DNA of 48,769 bases, counting the filler, from Sphacelaria rigidula (Eukaryota), in NCBI GenBank assembly GCA_964200075.2. It is 3 parts of 3 records of this genome, joined end to end, with 100 filler letters (N's around TTAATTAATTAA, not from the genome) between each part and the next. Parts side by side here need not be neighbours in the genome. Positions count along the whole stretch, not along the records: positions 1 to 16,192 come from CAXNAA020001450.1; 2 more parts are not named here. The stretch is one strand, 5' to 3'. Below are positions 1 through 12,640 of the stretch, piece after piece. Under the pieces are notes generated by a model. The model ran no database searches. It was not told the DNA's origin and worked only from the letters and a program-made list of their open reading frames with translations. The translations under genes were made by a program, and so were the position numbers. Every line of letters begins with the position of its first letter. Positions within the stretch are counted from its first letter, which is position 1.

Positions 1-219
1 TTTTGAGTTGAACCTCATTTTATTTTTCAACCCCATTTTCGAAAATCGGCTGTTAGATGGCAACTCGAAAAATATGTGTCCACCGACCCCATCCTCAACA
101 GTGTTGAGTAAAAACATAATATACCCAAATGCCATTGTAGTGCCCCCCCTGCTTCCTTGGCTGTCCGTACTTGACCACATGGGGATTCCTACGCGCCCCC
201 CTGCTCAATTTTTTCGGCA

Positions 220-1316
220 CCTCGCCATGCGTAACAAAGTGTTCACCGACAGAGCCGGTGGCAACGGTAGCTGCAGCGATTGTTGTTATGGTGTTGGCGA
301 TGCTGTTGGCACTGTCGGCAACAATGATATCGGTCGCGGAATCGCCGGAGGTGGTATTGAAAACAGTGTCGACGGCGGCGGTGATGTTGTTGACACGGTC
401 CGTGGTGTTGACGGCGGCTGTGGTGTTGTCGGCTATGATTTAGGGACTGGGAAGGTATGAGGTTGTCGCGTGTGATGCAAACACGGGACTGTTGGAGCAG
501 AAATAGAAAGTGTAGTGGCAGTAGTAGGTGGTAACCACTGTGACGCGGCAACGGGGAAAGGTGACGGTAGTGTCGGTGTGTCGGCGGCCTTGGCATCGCG
601 ATGAATGTTGCTTCCCCCCACACCGCCGTCGAGCGACACCGCTATGAGAAATGGCTGACGAGGCAGCGTCCACGCCACGCTGTTGGTGATGTCCATTTCT
701 CGTTGTGGTCGGCCATCCGTGGAGGGTCGTCGGTTGGGGGTCAGTGTTATGTCCTTTCTCTTCCCCTCACTCAAATCCTAAACACTTGAAAGCCGAGTAT
801 AAGAATATTTGCGAGAAGAGTCGACAATCACACGTTGTGGGGTAGAAACGAAATTCGAGGGAATACTACTGACACTAACTCGTTGTGGAGCAGGAGCAGA
901 GTCTAGGGGAATCTTACTGACACTCACTCGCTGTGGAGAAGAAGCAGAAATCGAGGGGATGTTACAGACACTAACTCGCTGTGGGGCAGAAGCAAAATTG
1001 GGGGAAATCTTACTGACACACACTCCCTGTGAAACTGAAGCAAAATCGGGGGGAGTCTTACTGACACCCACTCCCTGTGAAATGGAAGCAAAATCTGGGG
1101 GAATCTTACTGACACTCACTCGCTGTCGGATGGATGCAGAATCAGTATCACTGTTAGTGGCGACAACAGTAGTGACTAATGGAATTTGTCCGTAGGTCGA
1201 TGGCAGGCTTGTGGCAAATTGTGATGAAGAACGCCCATTGTAGTCGAAACATAGCTTGTCGTCGAACAGGTGTACACCTTTCTCATCGCAGATTACTCGT
1301 TGAGTCTTTTGAGCCC
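220..1316 (-). pseudogene. Ty1/Copia pol remnant, downstream part (post-protease segment and P/T/S-rich linker; integrase core not seen)
   Basis: Minus frame RAQKTQRVICDEKGVHLFDDKLCFDYNGRSSSQFAT resembles the segment after the Copia protease. ITNSVAWTLPRQPF..DGGVGG and a Pro/Thr/Ser-rich tract follow. It appears to continue the Copia at 14836-16192 across element A. Confidence 0.55.
823..1140. repeat. 48-bp tandem repeat (~6.5 units), in frame on the minus strand as 16-aa QRVSVSKIPPDFAS.. units
   Basis: Units start gaca(c/a).. at 823, 871, 919, 967, 1015, 1063 and 1111. Confidence 0.92.
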
Positions 1317-1577
1317 TGTAGCCAAATGATACCAAGCCGTAGGTTTCGGTGTAGTCACATGGATGATTCGAGCAGTGACAGGGGACAAGGGATCCTTGAT
1401 AGATGACCCTTTCCCGTGTGGCCCCTTGCTGTCTATCTCGTGATGTTATCTGTTGAGCATCACTCCGTGACAATAACAATTTTGAATAAAGGGCTTGTGG
1501 AGCACGAGGCCAGTGATACTGGAGGGGTCCCTCGTTGAAAGTGATTTTGTCCAGATCGTCTGGCAGAGGCTATAACA
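1317..1577 (+). repeat. 5' LTR of element A
   Basis: Runs TGTAGCC...GGCTATAACA; the end is an inverted repeat of the TGTTGTAGCC start at 14679. AATAAA at ~1485. The first ~154 bp are ~84% identical to 14682-14835. Confidence 0.8.
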
Positions 1578-1580
1578 TCT

Positions 1581-1702
1581 TGTGATCATCCACCACCGAA
1601 CTAAGCACCAGACCACTGCCTGTATCATTCCTCAGCTGCACAGCCATCATATTGCTGATCACCACCTCGACAACCCAGCCAATCCCAGCACCATATCACC
1701 CA
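1581..1702 (+). repeat. Inverted copy of Copia sequence 15905-16051, lying where the PBS of A is expected
   Basis: 1581-1690 is the reverse complement of 15942-16051 (6 mismatches in 110). It is followed by ccatatcaccca, the reverse complement of 15905-15916. Confidence 0.9.
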
Positions 1703-1823
1703 GTGTTGCCCGCAGTCGGAAGGAGACAACTTGAAGCGCACAACAGTGGAGGACGCTCCGTGGGCTGGTCGACGCACAAGTTCGGTAAGAGTCTCTCCGT
1801 GAAGTGATTGAATCCTAGACGAC

Positions 1824-2883
1824 ATGGCTCAAGTGGCGGCAGCGCCGCTGGTGTTAGGTGAGCCACTAGACCCGCCGAAGTATGGCGAGGTGTGGACCGA
1901 GCAAGCATGTAGGGTTTTCTACGCCAAATATCTCGACTACATACAGCGTTTGTACCTCGTAAATGCTAAAGGAGTTGTAAGGCATGCTAGGGTGAGCATG
2001 GGTCAACTCATCCCTACGTAAATTCATCAGTGCTTTGAAGGCATGTACAAGGACCGTCGGGCTATGACCCCCGAAGAACTGCTAGATGCTGTGAAGCAGC
2101 ATGCCGGGTACACCACAACCGGCGGCAAGCATGATACTGCGCAAGCTGCAGCAGACCTGCGTAGAGTTCTTACGATGCAGCAAAGCGGTGGAACATCCGT
2201 CAAGGGTCGAGCGATGATGGTCAACTCATCAATAGAAACGATTTTCGCTGAAACCCTCAGGGTGCAAGCCATGTACCGTGCGGAGGACAGAAGCTGGTTG
2301 CCAGGCCCGGCCGAGTCGGTTCCCAAAGCGTTGGTAGACGGGAGTTCGCCTCCGGAATTCAAGGCTTATGTCAGAAGCGTACTGAAATATGTAGACGACT
2401 GGAAAAAAGACTCCGACGGTGGTGTTCAAACAAATATTTGATGCCGCCGACCACTGGAAGTTCATTGAGGTGCATGGCTGGCGCGATTCTGCGGCAAGTG
2501 CAGGTGGTGCACGCCGCAAACAACAACAGCAACAGAAACAGCAGCCATCTTCGCGAGCATTGTTCACTCGTGCGTGTTACAACTGCAACGACAACACACA
2601 CTTGATTAAGGACTGCCCCAAGGCGCGAACTCAAGGCGCGGCACAGGGCAATGCGCAAGATTCATCAGGGTCTCGGGGCGGTCCTCACGGTGGACGGGGC
2701 CGTGCCAACCACGAACGCGGGCGCGGCGGCCGCGGTAGCAAGCAATCGGCGGGGGATGGTGATTCCTCCGCTGCTGTTTCGTCCACTACGTCATCAGATA
2801 GTGACTCTGGATCTTGTGGCTCGTCCTTGTCGGGCCGACAGTGTACGTGGGGAATGCAAAAGCTTTGGTGGGGAGTGCTGTAG
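1824..2883 (+). pseudogene. gag: gag of element A with CCHC zinc knuckle (stop codon and frameshift)
   Basis: ORF pieces 1824-2021, 2043-2441 and 2419-2883. CYNCNDNTHLIKDC knuckle at ~2575-2616, followed by an RG-rich tract. Confidence 0.85.
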
Positions 2884-3054
2884 CAAATAGTTCGTAACCC
2901 CTCGGCCAGGCAGGATTCGTGTCTGGTGCATCTCCTTCCGCTGCGACGGCTGTAACAGCGCCGTCTGCATATTCGGCGGCGTGGCCTGGGTGGACCGCCG
3001 ATTCTCAATTATCGATGCCAAGTGCTGAAGCCCAGCCCTGGCGTCAGGTGATTC

Positions 3055-6000
3055 TTGGGTCCTTCTGCAGGCGTGGTAACTGTCGATCGCAAGGCGGAAT
3101 TTTTACGCGCAGATTTTTCCTTGCCTGGTTCCGTAGGTTCGTTCATGGTCTGCGTTATTCTGGATTCTGGATCCGCGCTCACGTCGATCGGTGTGGGGTT
3201 GCTAGAACAAATGTCTTCAGAGTTTGGCAGACTCAGCTTCAGATCCCGTTCGAAAATGGACCGCAAACGGTACAGAACGCCACGGGTGCTTCCGTGACGG
3301 TAACACATAAAACCGTGCCGATTGCTGTTAGCGTGCGTACGCCTTGGCGAGCTGTGGAGTTACAGTCCATCACGTTCGCTGTCATGCCCGGCAGGGACAA
3401 CGTGGTTCTGTTTGAAATGGCGACGAGGTAGGAACTCGGGATTGATTTGTATCCGCTGGTGCTGGATAAGTTACGCCCGCGTGCTGTGCCGGTGCAAACC
3501 GGCGTGGAAAACCCCAGCTATTATGCTGCGAGGCATGTGACCATATCCATAAGGTCATTTCAGAGCTTCAATGAGAAGGAGGCTCCTGCGGATGAAGTGG
3601 TGAAGCGCTTGGTCGATCGGGAGCCTGGCATGTTCATGGACCCAGCGGAGGAGAAAGGTGCAGGAGAATGTGCGCTAGAGGATGGCGTGCAGCAGGCCGA
3701 GCTGAAGGGGCTGAGCGCCGATGGCGAACATTTTCTGCGTAATATTTTGGCTCGTCGCGTGGATACCTTTCGTCGTGCGCTGCGTGGTGACCCGCCAGCG
3801 CGCGTAGAGCCCATGAGGGTGCAATTAAAGCAACAGGCAAAGGCTTCGAAGGCCAGGCCCCGACGTGATGATTCAGTGAAGACCGGGTGGCTTGCTTCAT
3901 ACATTGCAGCCTTGGTGGCGTTTGTGCCAGTGACTAGGAACACCCAGGCTGTGTGGGCGAGCCCGGCGATGGTGGTGCCGAAGAGGGACACATTCCGTTT
4001 GGCAGCGACTATCAGGCGGTGAACGCGCAAGTGGAACAGTCTCCGGGGATGATGCCAAGCCAAGAAGACATGCGGAGGTTGCTGGGAGCCCAATGCTCCG
4101 GCAAGTTGGACCTGCTACAGGGGTATTGGCAGATGCCTCTGGCGCCTGAGGCTCAGGAGATCTTGATGGACGCCACGTCTGACGGTTTTTTTACGTCTAC
4201 GCGTGTCCCGCAGGGCGTGTTGAACGCCACGGCGTATTTCGAAGGTATGCCGACTGAGATTTTGCGAGGTCTCAACTGTAAAGTGTGGGTAGATGATTTT
4301 TTCTATTTTGCTGAACCCGACGAAGCACCCTTAGCTTTGCTTGACGAAATTCTTGGACGCTTGGAGAGTATTGGTCTTTTCGCCTCTGCGCATAAGTGCA
4401 CTTTTTTTGCCCGCGAAGTGGTTTGGCGTGGTAAGGTGTACCCCAAGGGTACTGTTTCGCATGATCCCGTCCGCGTACAAGGTTTGAGCAATATGCGACG
4501 TCCTCAAACCGCTAGTGAGCTGATGCAGTTTCTGCAGGCGGTGAATTGGTTGCGGATTTCGCTCCCCCATATGGCCGAAGTAGTTGAGCCGCTTCGTGTG
4601 TTGTTTTAAACAACTTATGGTCGGGGCTTCGCGTCGAACCAAGCGAGTGACGCGTGCTCGTATCATCCCGGAGGACGCTTGGACGAAGGATCGTGTGCGG
4701 GCATGGCGTGCTGCGCAAGACTTGGTGGCGCAAGCGGTGCCGCTGTATCATCCTCGTCCAGGGTGCGTTGTTCTAATGTTCCCAGATGCTTCGGATTTCC
4801 ACTGGGGTAGATTTTGAACGCAAGTGCCTGTCGCAGAGTTTAGAAGTGGCATTGCGCTCGAAAACATGTCACACGAGCCGTTGGCGTTTTTGAGTGGTAG
4901 CTTCAAGGGTTCACGGTTGCGGTGGGCGACAGTTGACGAAGGAGGTTTCGCGATAGTCAATACATTTCGAAGACTGGAGTACTTGCTTTGGGGTAGTGTT
5001 CGCATTTTCACCGACCATCGCAATCTGAAACACATTTTTAACCCCGAAGAGTGTGTCACATCGGTGACGAAGGCCATGGCGCAACGACTTGAAAGTTGAA
5101 AAGGAGTGCTCGGCCAATATCGGTATGCCATTGAACACATTCTTGGAGAGCGCACTTGTTGGGGAGATTTGTTGCCTCGCTGAGTGAAGGTTCCTACCGT
5201 GCCTTTTCGCTCTATTGCCGTGTACAGCCTATGTCATGCCGATGATTCGCTGCCCTCGTTAGATGTCATTCGTACCACACAGCGCAAAACAGTCGGCGAC
5301 GGTATTTATTCTTCTTCCAACGACTTTCGAGCAAGCCGCCTTGGCTGACGATGGTCTGTTCCGCGTGCGTGTTGGCAGTAGTGATGTTTTGTGGATTCCG
5401 TCGGATGCTAAGGCTCTACAAACTCGATTGATGCTGTGCGCTCACATGCCGTCGGCTGGTCACCGTGGTGTGGCGCCGACTCTGCTTCGTTTGAAAGAAT
5501 ACTGTGTGTGGCCTTATATAAATTCCCACGTTCGCGAGTTCGTTCGCCAGTGTTTGCATTGTGTAGACACTCGTGCTGGTGCGATTGTACCTCCCCTGTA
5601 TGACGATACTGTGCATGGTACCGCGCCAGGCGAAGTTGTTTCCTTTGATTTTCTGTACGTCGGGAAGAGCGCACCTGAAGGTGCTAATGGTTTGCCTGAT
5701 GAGGATGGTTTTCGGTACGTTCTGGCCATCATGGATGATTTGTCAAATTTAGTTTAGTTGAAGCCGACCGAGGCTTGCACCGCCGAGGTTACGGCTAAGC
5801 ACTTGCTGCATTGGTGCAAGACTTTAGGGGTGCCGCGTGGGTGGGTTAGTGATACCGCCACGCACTTCGAGAATCACGTAATCGCGCAGCTGAGCGACGT
5901 GCTCAAGGTACAACACCAATTTGCTGTTGCGTATATCCCTTGGTCAAATGGTGCTTGTGAGCGCATGGTGAAAGAGGTTGTTCGTGCGTTACGGTCCATT

Positions 6001-6592
6001 TTGTCGGAAAAAATACGGCTGGTGTATGAATGCGTTGATGTGTCATCAGCCTCTCAGTGGGCATTGAATACTTCTTTTCGTGAACGCTACCGTAACACTC
6101 CATATTGTGTGATGTTTGGGCGTGCGCCGCGTACAGCGTTTTCCGCGCTGGCTTCTTTCACTGGCGGCGAGTGGAACGTCGATGAGATGGATGCTGATAC
6201 GTTGCGTGACAAGGTTCGAGACGTGGTTGACGAGTAAGTTCGGTTTTTCAAAGAAGTGCAAGCTGCTGTCGCCGTGTCTCGCGAGACCAAGCGAAAGCTT
6301 GCTCAGGGACAAGCTGTGTTACCCAAGTTTGCAGTGGAAGATTTCGTCTTGTCCGTAGGCAAAGTGTGACGCCCAGGTTGATGTCCACATGGACGGGTCC
6401 GAGCCGATCACGCTCACGTGTATTCGGTGCAGAACACTGTTTCTGGCGCCGTACACTCGGCACATGTCGCTCGTTCGCGTTTTTATGCTGATTAGCAGTT
6501 GCACATCACTGCGGAAATAAAGGATGTATTCCAGCATTCGTATTCTCAACGTGAATGTGGGATGGATGCTTAAGTGCACGTCGCTGAGGGTG
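3055..6592 (+). pseudogene. pol: pol of element A: aspartic protease, RT, RNase H, integrase (many stops and frameshifts)
   Basis: Protease ILDSGS. RT KLDLLQGYWQ, RVPQG and VWVDD. RNase H FPDASDFHWG and IFTDHRNL. Integrase zinc finger AH..GHRG..CLHC and core SFDFLY / VSDTATHF / SNGACERMVKE. Confidence 0.95.
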
Positions 6593-7008
6593 TGTTACGG
6601 CAGATATCGGCTATACCAATAGTGGACGTTTCGAAGCACACATGGCATGTGCAATAGGTCGTATTCCATTCGCATATTAGTGTTATTCTCCAGTATGAGA
6701 TGTTACGTGCCCAGTCTCTCACAACTTTTAGCTACCTAGCCAAGCCTAACAACAAAGCTATCAGCCACCACTTGGAAAACATCTTGCTTGCAAGCAAGTC
6801 AAGGGCCCTCTCTGCACACGAAAGTGAGTCTTGCTTGGCCTTATGATGCAGTGCTGGTCGGACTCAAGGGTCTGTTACTCACGAGTTCAAAGGTCGTTCC
6901 TCTCGACTTCAATTGCTCATTGTCGCCAGTCGCTGACCTCGGGTCATCCCTGGCCGGGTGTTTTCTTTGAGAGTAAGGCCTGTATCACCTCGTGATCAGA
7001 CCACGACA
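6593..7008 (+). repeat. 5' LTR of element B
   Basis: TGTTACGG...CCACGACA followed by TGG. The first ~215 bp are ~93% identical to 14012 onward. Confidence 0.88.
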
Positions 7009-7023
7009 TGGTGACCAACCGAG
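7009..7023 (+). promoter_or_regulatory. Primer binding site of element B
   Basis: TGGTGACC.. directly after the LTR CA end, complementary to a tRNA ending ..GGTCA-CCA (tRNA-Trp-like; inferred). Confidence 0.65.
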
Positions 7024-9600
7024 AAGATAAGCAGCACTGCATAGTCGCATCGCTGTAGAGCTGCACTGTTTCGTGTTGTGTCTGCGTACGGTGTAGAATC
7101 ATGCTTTCTATTCAAGCTTGAGGTCTGCCAAGCACCGGCCAGTGTCTTTCGGGCCAAAAATTGTCATGCCGTTTGGGTTGTTGAAGCAACCATCGAGCCG
7201 GCCAGATCGCAGCTGTCTTGTGCTTTGATATTTCCCACGCCAAAGTGGAACTGTAAGTACACCCTGTCGTGCACCCTTATACATGGACCTGCGTGTTCAC
7301 GGCGTGGTAACCCGCGCACACCATCGCTACAACAGATTGCTGCTGACAGCATGCGTTCGCCTGTACACGAGCTTGCGCTGGAAAACGAGCGAGTTTCGAA
7401 AATTCTGTTCACACCTCTCAGTACAGTACACATTCTTTCATAAGAGTTCTGGATGTTAATGTACAGTACAGCGTGCGCATTGTGTACTAAGTGCTTTGTA
7501 GGCTGCAGGTAAGTGCTGTTGTCCCACTATAAGAGAGTGAAGTGAAGTGGCCCGAGTCGGTAAGCGGCGAACATGCGTGCGCAGAGTACACATGGCCAAC
7601 AGTTGGGGGTAAAGTCCACCTGGAGGTAGGTATATATAAAGGCTGTTGATTGCTTGCGAGCAGTCAAATATTGGGAGTCCGCACTCCGCGTGCAATGTGC
7701 GCGGTTCAGATGTGTCTTTCATGTCACACTCCCATTAGATGTGGTGCCGCGGTACCTACCCATATTAGCCAGGTACGTGATCGCACTGTGTTTGCACTGT
7801 ACTGCATGCGGGGGCAGCGTGTTTGCGCTGTCTGCAATTTCGTACCAAAGAACCCTGAGCGCACAAACAGGACTGCTCGAGCAGTTGTTCAGATCATTCT
7901 ATGTGAGTCCGAATGAATTTCTGACCAACATGCGGGGCATCTATGCTGGAGTCATCCTGGGGGCGAAACATGTTCAACGCCCGGCAAATGACGATTGGCC
8001 CCTAGTATGATTGATTGATGTGCGGCATTGTAAAACGTTAGTGCGCGGGTCAGGTCGTTTGGATTCGCTTCCGCTCCTCGCCACAACATGTCGCCACTGC
8101 ATTGCCATTGTGTCGCCACTACACTGGGATCTTCTTATCGGCCTATCTTTCGACACATCATATCGTCTCTTCACTACATGGGACCGTCACTACACTTCAT
8201 GGGACCGTCACTACATGGGTTTCGTCACGTCGGGAAATTGGGGGCAACCAGTGCCGTTGCTCGGCAGCAGTAAACACACCGATTGTACAGTTATTATATG
8301 CGTGGCTCACACCTTGATCATGTCGTTTTGTCCACCCTTCCTCTACTGTAGCGTTGCGTTTGACTCTTCCCTTCACAGTGACCCATACTTTATTTTGTTT
8401 TATTCTATTCTATTCTATTATATTATATTCTATTTGTATCTACTATTTCACGTCTTTATCTGTTTTGGAGGTTTCGGAATTGCACACGAACATCGTAAGA
8501 GTACGCACTAATACTAAACCCCCCTGGCCGCCCATGCCGCTTTTGCTGTTCGATTTTTCTCGCTCCTGTCGCCCCGAACGTACCTGCGCAATGCCGCGAG
8601 TCATACCATGGGCGTTGGTATCGCATCATACCATGTCAATGATGTTGGGCTTTCCCTCTTCTGTTCTTTGTTTTTTATGTTCCTGATTTTTTCCCCGCTT
8701 CCTCTGTCTTCTTTTTTTTTTTCAATCATTGGTCACTACTATACTGTTCTTATTAGCGGCCTTTTTCGTATGTTTTATTTTCTCCCGCTTGCCCTCCTCG
8801 ATATTTTTATTTTGTGATTAGCCATTTCTTTTCTACTCCGCCACTGTTCTCTTTTTGCGGCTTTCTCTATACGTTTTTTACATTTTTCCCGCATTTAGCA
8901 GTCGTAGTCCACGATGCATTCTTTACGAAATTTTCTCCCTTCACGGGCTCGTTGGAACTTTTGCCCCTTTTGCCCCCCTGTCTGCCTTATGATACCCCTT
9001 GATTTTCTGCCGTTTTTCTCCTCTCTTCCTACACTCTCAGTTATATTCTCTCTCCACTCCCCGTGGCAATTTTACTCTACAGCCATCTCCGCTATTTGTT
9101 ATTTCTACTTTCATGTTGCAAGCGTACAACCCCGCCCATCCATGGTGTTTTTTTGGCAAATATTTTGCTAGAGCCATTGCCTGACGCACAAAAGTACACC
9201 CCAGCTACATCTGTCTTGAGAAACATGCGATGGCAAACTCCAGGAACGACCACTAAGCGCGACGAAAGCCAAGTCGGGATAACGGGTGAGATCGGGCATC
9301 GACAGTGGCTTCACCAATCGTAGCCAATGGCGGTTTGCTAGACATCTGAGAAGATGATGTAACCATATATCGGGGAGGTTGTAGCGTGAGGTTAACAGGT
9401 GAGTGAATCGGAGAAACGGGAGCTGGTAGGCGTCCTGCTGGGCTCACTGGACACTGGGCTGTTCTCCGCGGACCCGAAGCAGGTTCTGGTCACCATCAAC
9501 GGTGAGCTACAAATACCCCTTGTTTGAGAGTACTGTACTCCATTCGCAGCAAATCAACGCCACTTTTTTTGTCGAGTAGCGTCACGTAGCTCCCCAAGTG

Positions 9601-9848
9601 GACACTTTCTACGATAGCCCCCGCCCCAAAAGTGCATGGTTTTGGGAGGGAAAATCTTCACGTAAATCGAAGTGGGAAAAGCCGAGCACAACGAGCAGCC
9701 GGGAATTTCCACGCTTGGGTTCGTTCTCGCCAATGTTGCCAATACGAGGCGCTTCATGCAGCCTGAACCCAAACATCGGGCGCTTTATGGTCATCTGTTT
9801 CGTGACACTTTTGGCTGGTTTCGGGGGGGGGCTATCGTAGAAAGTTTC
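9601..9848. mobile_element. ~250-bp MITE with ~22-bp terminal inverted repeats
   Basis: gacactttctacgatagccccc at 9601 pairs with gggggctatcgtagaaagtttc ending at 9848. No TSD resolved. Confidence 0.7.
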
Positions 9849-10121
9849 AGTGGTCGATCCGAGACCGCCCGAACAGCACCCATCAAGGTTCCGTAACAGG
9901 TGTGAGTACTGGTCATTCCGCACAGTCAGCGAAGGAACGAAGGTAGGCGATTTGCTCTCCGCAGGGGGGGGGACGCCTACGTTATCCGCTGACCTCCAAC
10001 TGGACACAGTGGCGAATGATCGTGCTCTGTAGACCCTTACCAACGCATCCAATCTGACGGCCAGCAAGGAGACCCTTTGAAAAAACGGGTGCAATCGGAC
10101 CTGAGGGGGTCGTACTCACTT

Positions 10122-10212
10122 GCTGCTTGCCTTAGTCGTTTGACCATTGAACACGCATCCCTTCCGAGACGGAGCACTGCTCCTACTCCTAATGGAGACA
10201 CTTTCAACATTC
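10122..10212 (+). repeat. Dispersed ~90-bp repeat, second copy at ~23274-23362
   Basis: gtcgtttgaccattga..acgcatccct..cgagacggagc..cctactcctaat.gagacac is shared between the two copies. Confidence 0.8.
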
Positions 10213-10429
10213 CGGCTCTCTTCCATATTTTGCGAAAAAAACCTTTGACATATCTAATACATCAGACAATTTCATGCCACCTTCGTTCACGTCCCATATT
10301 TCCCCCTCTAGCACGTCCCGTTCCTCCTTGTATATTCCACATTTTGCCATTCCATGACTTCTGCTCTCTATTGCTTTGCCACAGAGGTAGTTCTGTCTCT
10401 CAACCTCCTCCTCCTTCCGATTGCTGGTA

Positions 10430-11017
10430 TACTTCTTTCTTTTTTTCTGTTCCTCCTTTTTCTCAGAGCGTGTTTCAGTTTCGTTTTTCTTGGGTACGCC
10501 TATCATGAGACCACGGCTGGATATGTTTTCATTCCAATACCCTCTCTCAACCCCCGTATATCTCCAGGTGCTGTTTCTCGTCTACCTTACGTCCGAGCGC
10601 TCCTTTTTGTTTCCCTCATTTTTATCATGATGCTCACTTTTCGGGATACATCTGTCAATCCTGGTGTCTGAGTGCGGGTCTCTGAGGATCACGTTCATCC
10701 TTCCTATCTGTGCCTTACCCTTTTTTATTACCTTGTTTATGTGTGCAACCCAAGAACAGTGTTCTGATATCTCTACGCCAAGGTATGTACATCGGTCTAG
10801 AATCGACAGCTCCTCTCTTCCCCACTTCCACCTGAACTCCAGTGGATTTTTTTCATCCTCGTTACAGACGAGTATCGCGCATATTTTCAAATTCGCATAT
10901 CGCATATCCACTCTTATTCGCTGTTCGCTATCACTCTCCATTGCTTAGTGTATTCTTGCGTCTTGTCTATCTGTTTTTGCAATCCTTCTACTGTTTTTGA
11001 AATCCCCACAGAATCAT
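10430..11017 (-). mobile_element. LINE (non-LTR retrotransposon) fragment: RT C-terminal part plus 3' end
   Basis: NDSVGISKTVEGLQKQIDK..YTKQWRVIAN and WKWGREELSILDRCTYLGVEISEHCSWVAHINKVIKKGK are typical of the post-DD LINE RT region. The 3' motif tttcagtttcg..ccacggctg at ~10474-10520 recurs at ~32117-32171. Confidence 0.85.
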
Positions 11018-11019
11018 TG

Positions 11020-12640
11020 GACCTGAGGGGAAAACGACTGCCGAAACGGTAGGCGAGAGGCGATCTGAGTACCCAATAAAAGCGATACCTGGGAGTCGAT
11101 GCTGAGGAGCTGCCGGCGGTTATTAAAGTAACGATTAGCACCCGAAAATTTAGCAGTAGGCGCCACCCTTTCCACGATGCGTGACCGCTCCCTTTCGTCA
11201 ACAAACACGAAAGACACCAGGCAAGATGTGCTGTCATGCCGTTGCAGGAGGCCCAAGAGATCAAGCAGTCGCCAAACGGCCATCAGGTAGGGGCATGCGA
11301 TAGATCCATGGGACGAGGTGATCAACTTGCCAACAATCGAGGTAATGTTGCACTCACATACACATACATCTGCAGGCACTTAACGTCGCTTCTCGATCAC
11401 CAATTGATTTTTCACAGCCATCACAACAAGTCAACGGAGTAGTCAGTGCCACTGCAGTATGTGTCTAACTTCCGGTGCCCCTCAAAAGATTCGCTGAACA
11501 GAGGCGAAGACTTGAGCGTGAGGGTAGTCACCGATTTGAGCAGGTGACTTGGAAGAAGGCATCGCTTTCCGAAGCGTCAGATCTCCCACGTAGTAAGGAC
11601 GTAGTCGTAAGACCAGGAGGATGACTACTGGATATGTTGTCAGAGCTTTCCAAGTCATATGGGGTGAGGACGTCTCATTGGCTCCTTGAACCATGCGCAC
11701 ATTGCTTGACATGCTGCTCCCCTCCCGGAGTTCCCGTGTCAACGCAAAACCAATATCTAAGCTGACTTTCACTTCTATCACAAGAAGCAGAACCGAGTTT
11801 ACAACTGCACCCTTTCGTATAACAGAGCGAATAGCATCTATGCGAGGTAAGACTGGTGATAGATCCGGAAGGTGAGATCTCAATGTCGGGATGGCAACGG
11901 CAGGAAACTGCAGCCCTAGTACACGGTACATGGAAAGTTGGCAAGGATAGATGACGGCACGCGGTCTGGAGGTGGTGATGGAAGGACAAAAAATACGTAC
12001 GCGCAAGATAGTCCGCCATAGGTCGAACCGTATACCGTCACCCGCCCCACCTCAGATATTCAATCACTGACGGGTCCGCCTAGTTTGCTTGAACACCAGA
12101 CTTCGAGGTGACGCCAACCTTTAAACCCCCACACCCCACCTCCTGACCCTGAAACACCGTCGCGAATCTACACCCAGAAAAAAAAAAAAGAGGTTGGGAA
12201 TAGCGAGCAAAGGTTCAGGATGGAGCAATGTCAGAGGAGCTACCAGGAAGCAGAGTCCGGGAAAGCCTGATGTTTCCACGAGTGGACGGGTTCCACGCCC
12301 TTTGGCATCTGCACCACCCAGCCAAGGCATCAAGTATGTCATCCCGCCCGAGCACGCCATGTCCCTCTGCAGCGCAGTGATGTTCTGAACTTGTTCCCCA
12401 TAGGTTTCGCATTCCGAGAGGATTTTGACGGAGCTCAGCAAAAAGGACATGTGTTCGACGACGGTAAACGCTTCGGAAGAGTGATGAGACGACGAAGACT
12501 GCGTGGAGTCTTCGAATGAAGAGCTCCAGCAAGTGGCCCAGACGAGCGAGCCGATGGCATTGAGCGAACAAAGCAGAGAAAAACATTAATACTGCACAAA
12601 GGAAAGAGCAGGAGATGGTTTTGTGGTGCATTACAGGAGC
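11020..12640 (-). mobile_element. Possible Penelope-like retroelement debris
   Basis: Weak motifs only: CRCHPDIEISPSG / DAIRSVIRKG, VPAD..CNITSIVGK, CPYLMAVW and AQCHRLAR. Confidence 0.25.

Noticed and set aside
823-1140. Regularly spaced repeats as a CRISPR array (also 45917-47327)
   Set aside because: Whole units are homologous with no unique spacers, no cas genes, and the context is eukaryotic.
778-1479. 233-aa ORF as a real gene
   Set aside because: Chimeric read-through from the antisense LTR of element A into Copia sequence.
8354-9184. Hydrophobic Phe/Leu-rich ORFs (also 12660-13260, 33531-33826, 47670-48083)
   Set aside because: Translations of T-rich low-complexity repeat DNA.
9379-9511. 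TGTAGC...GCTACA segment after a purine run as a mini-LTR
   Set aside because: No second copy or TSD in the window.
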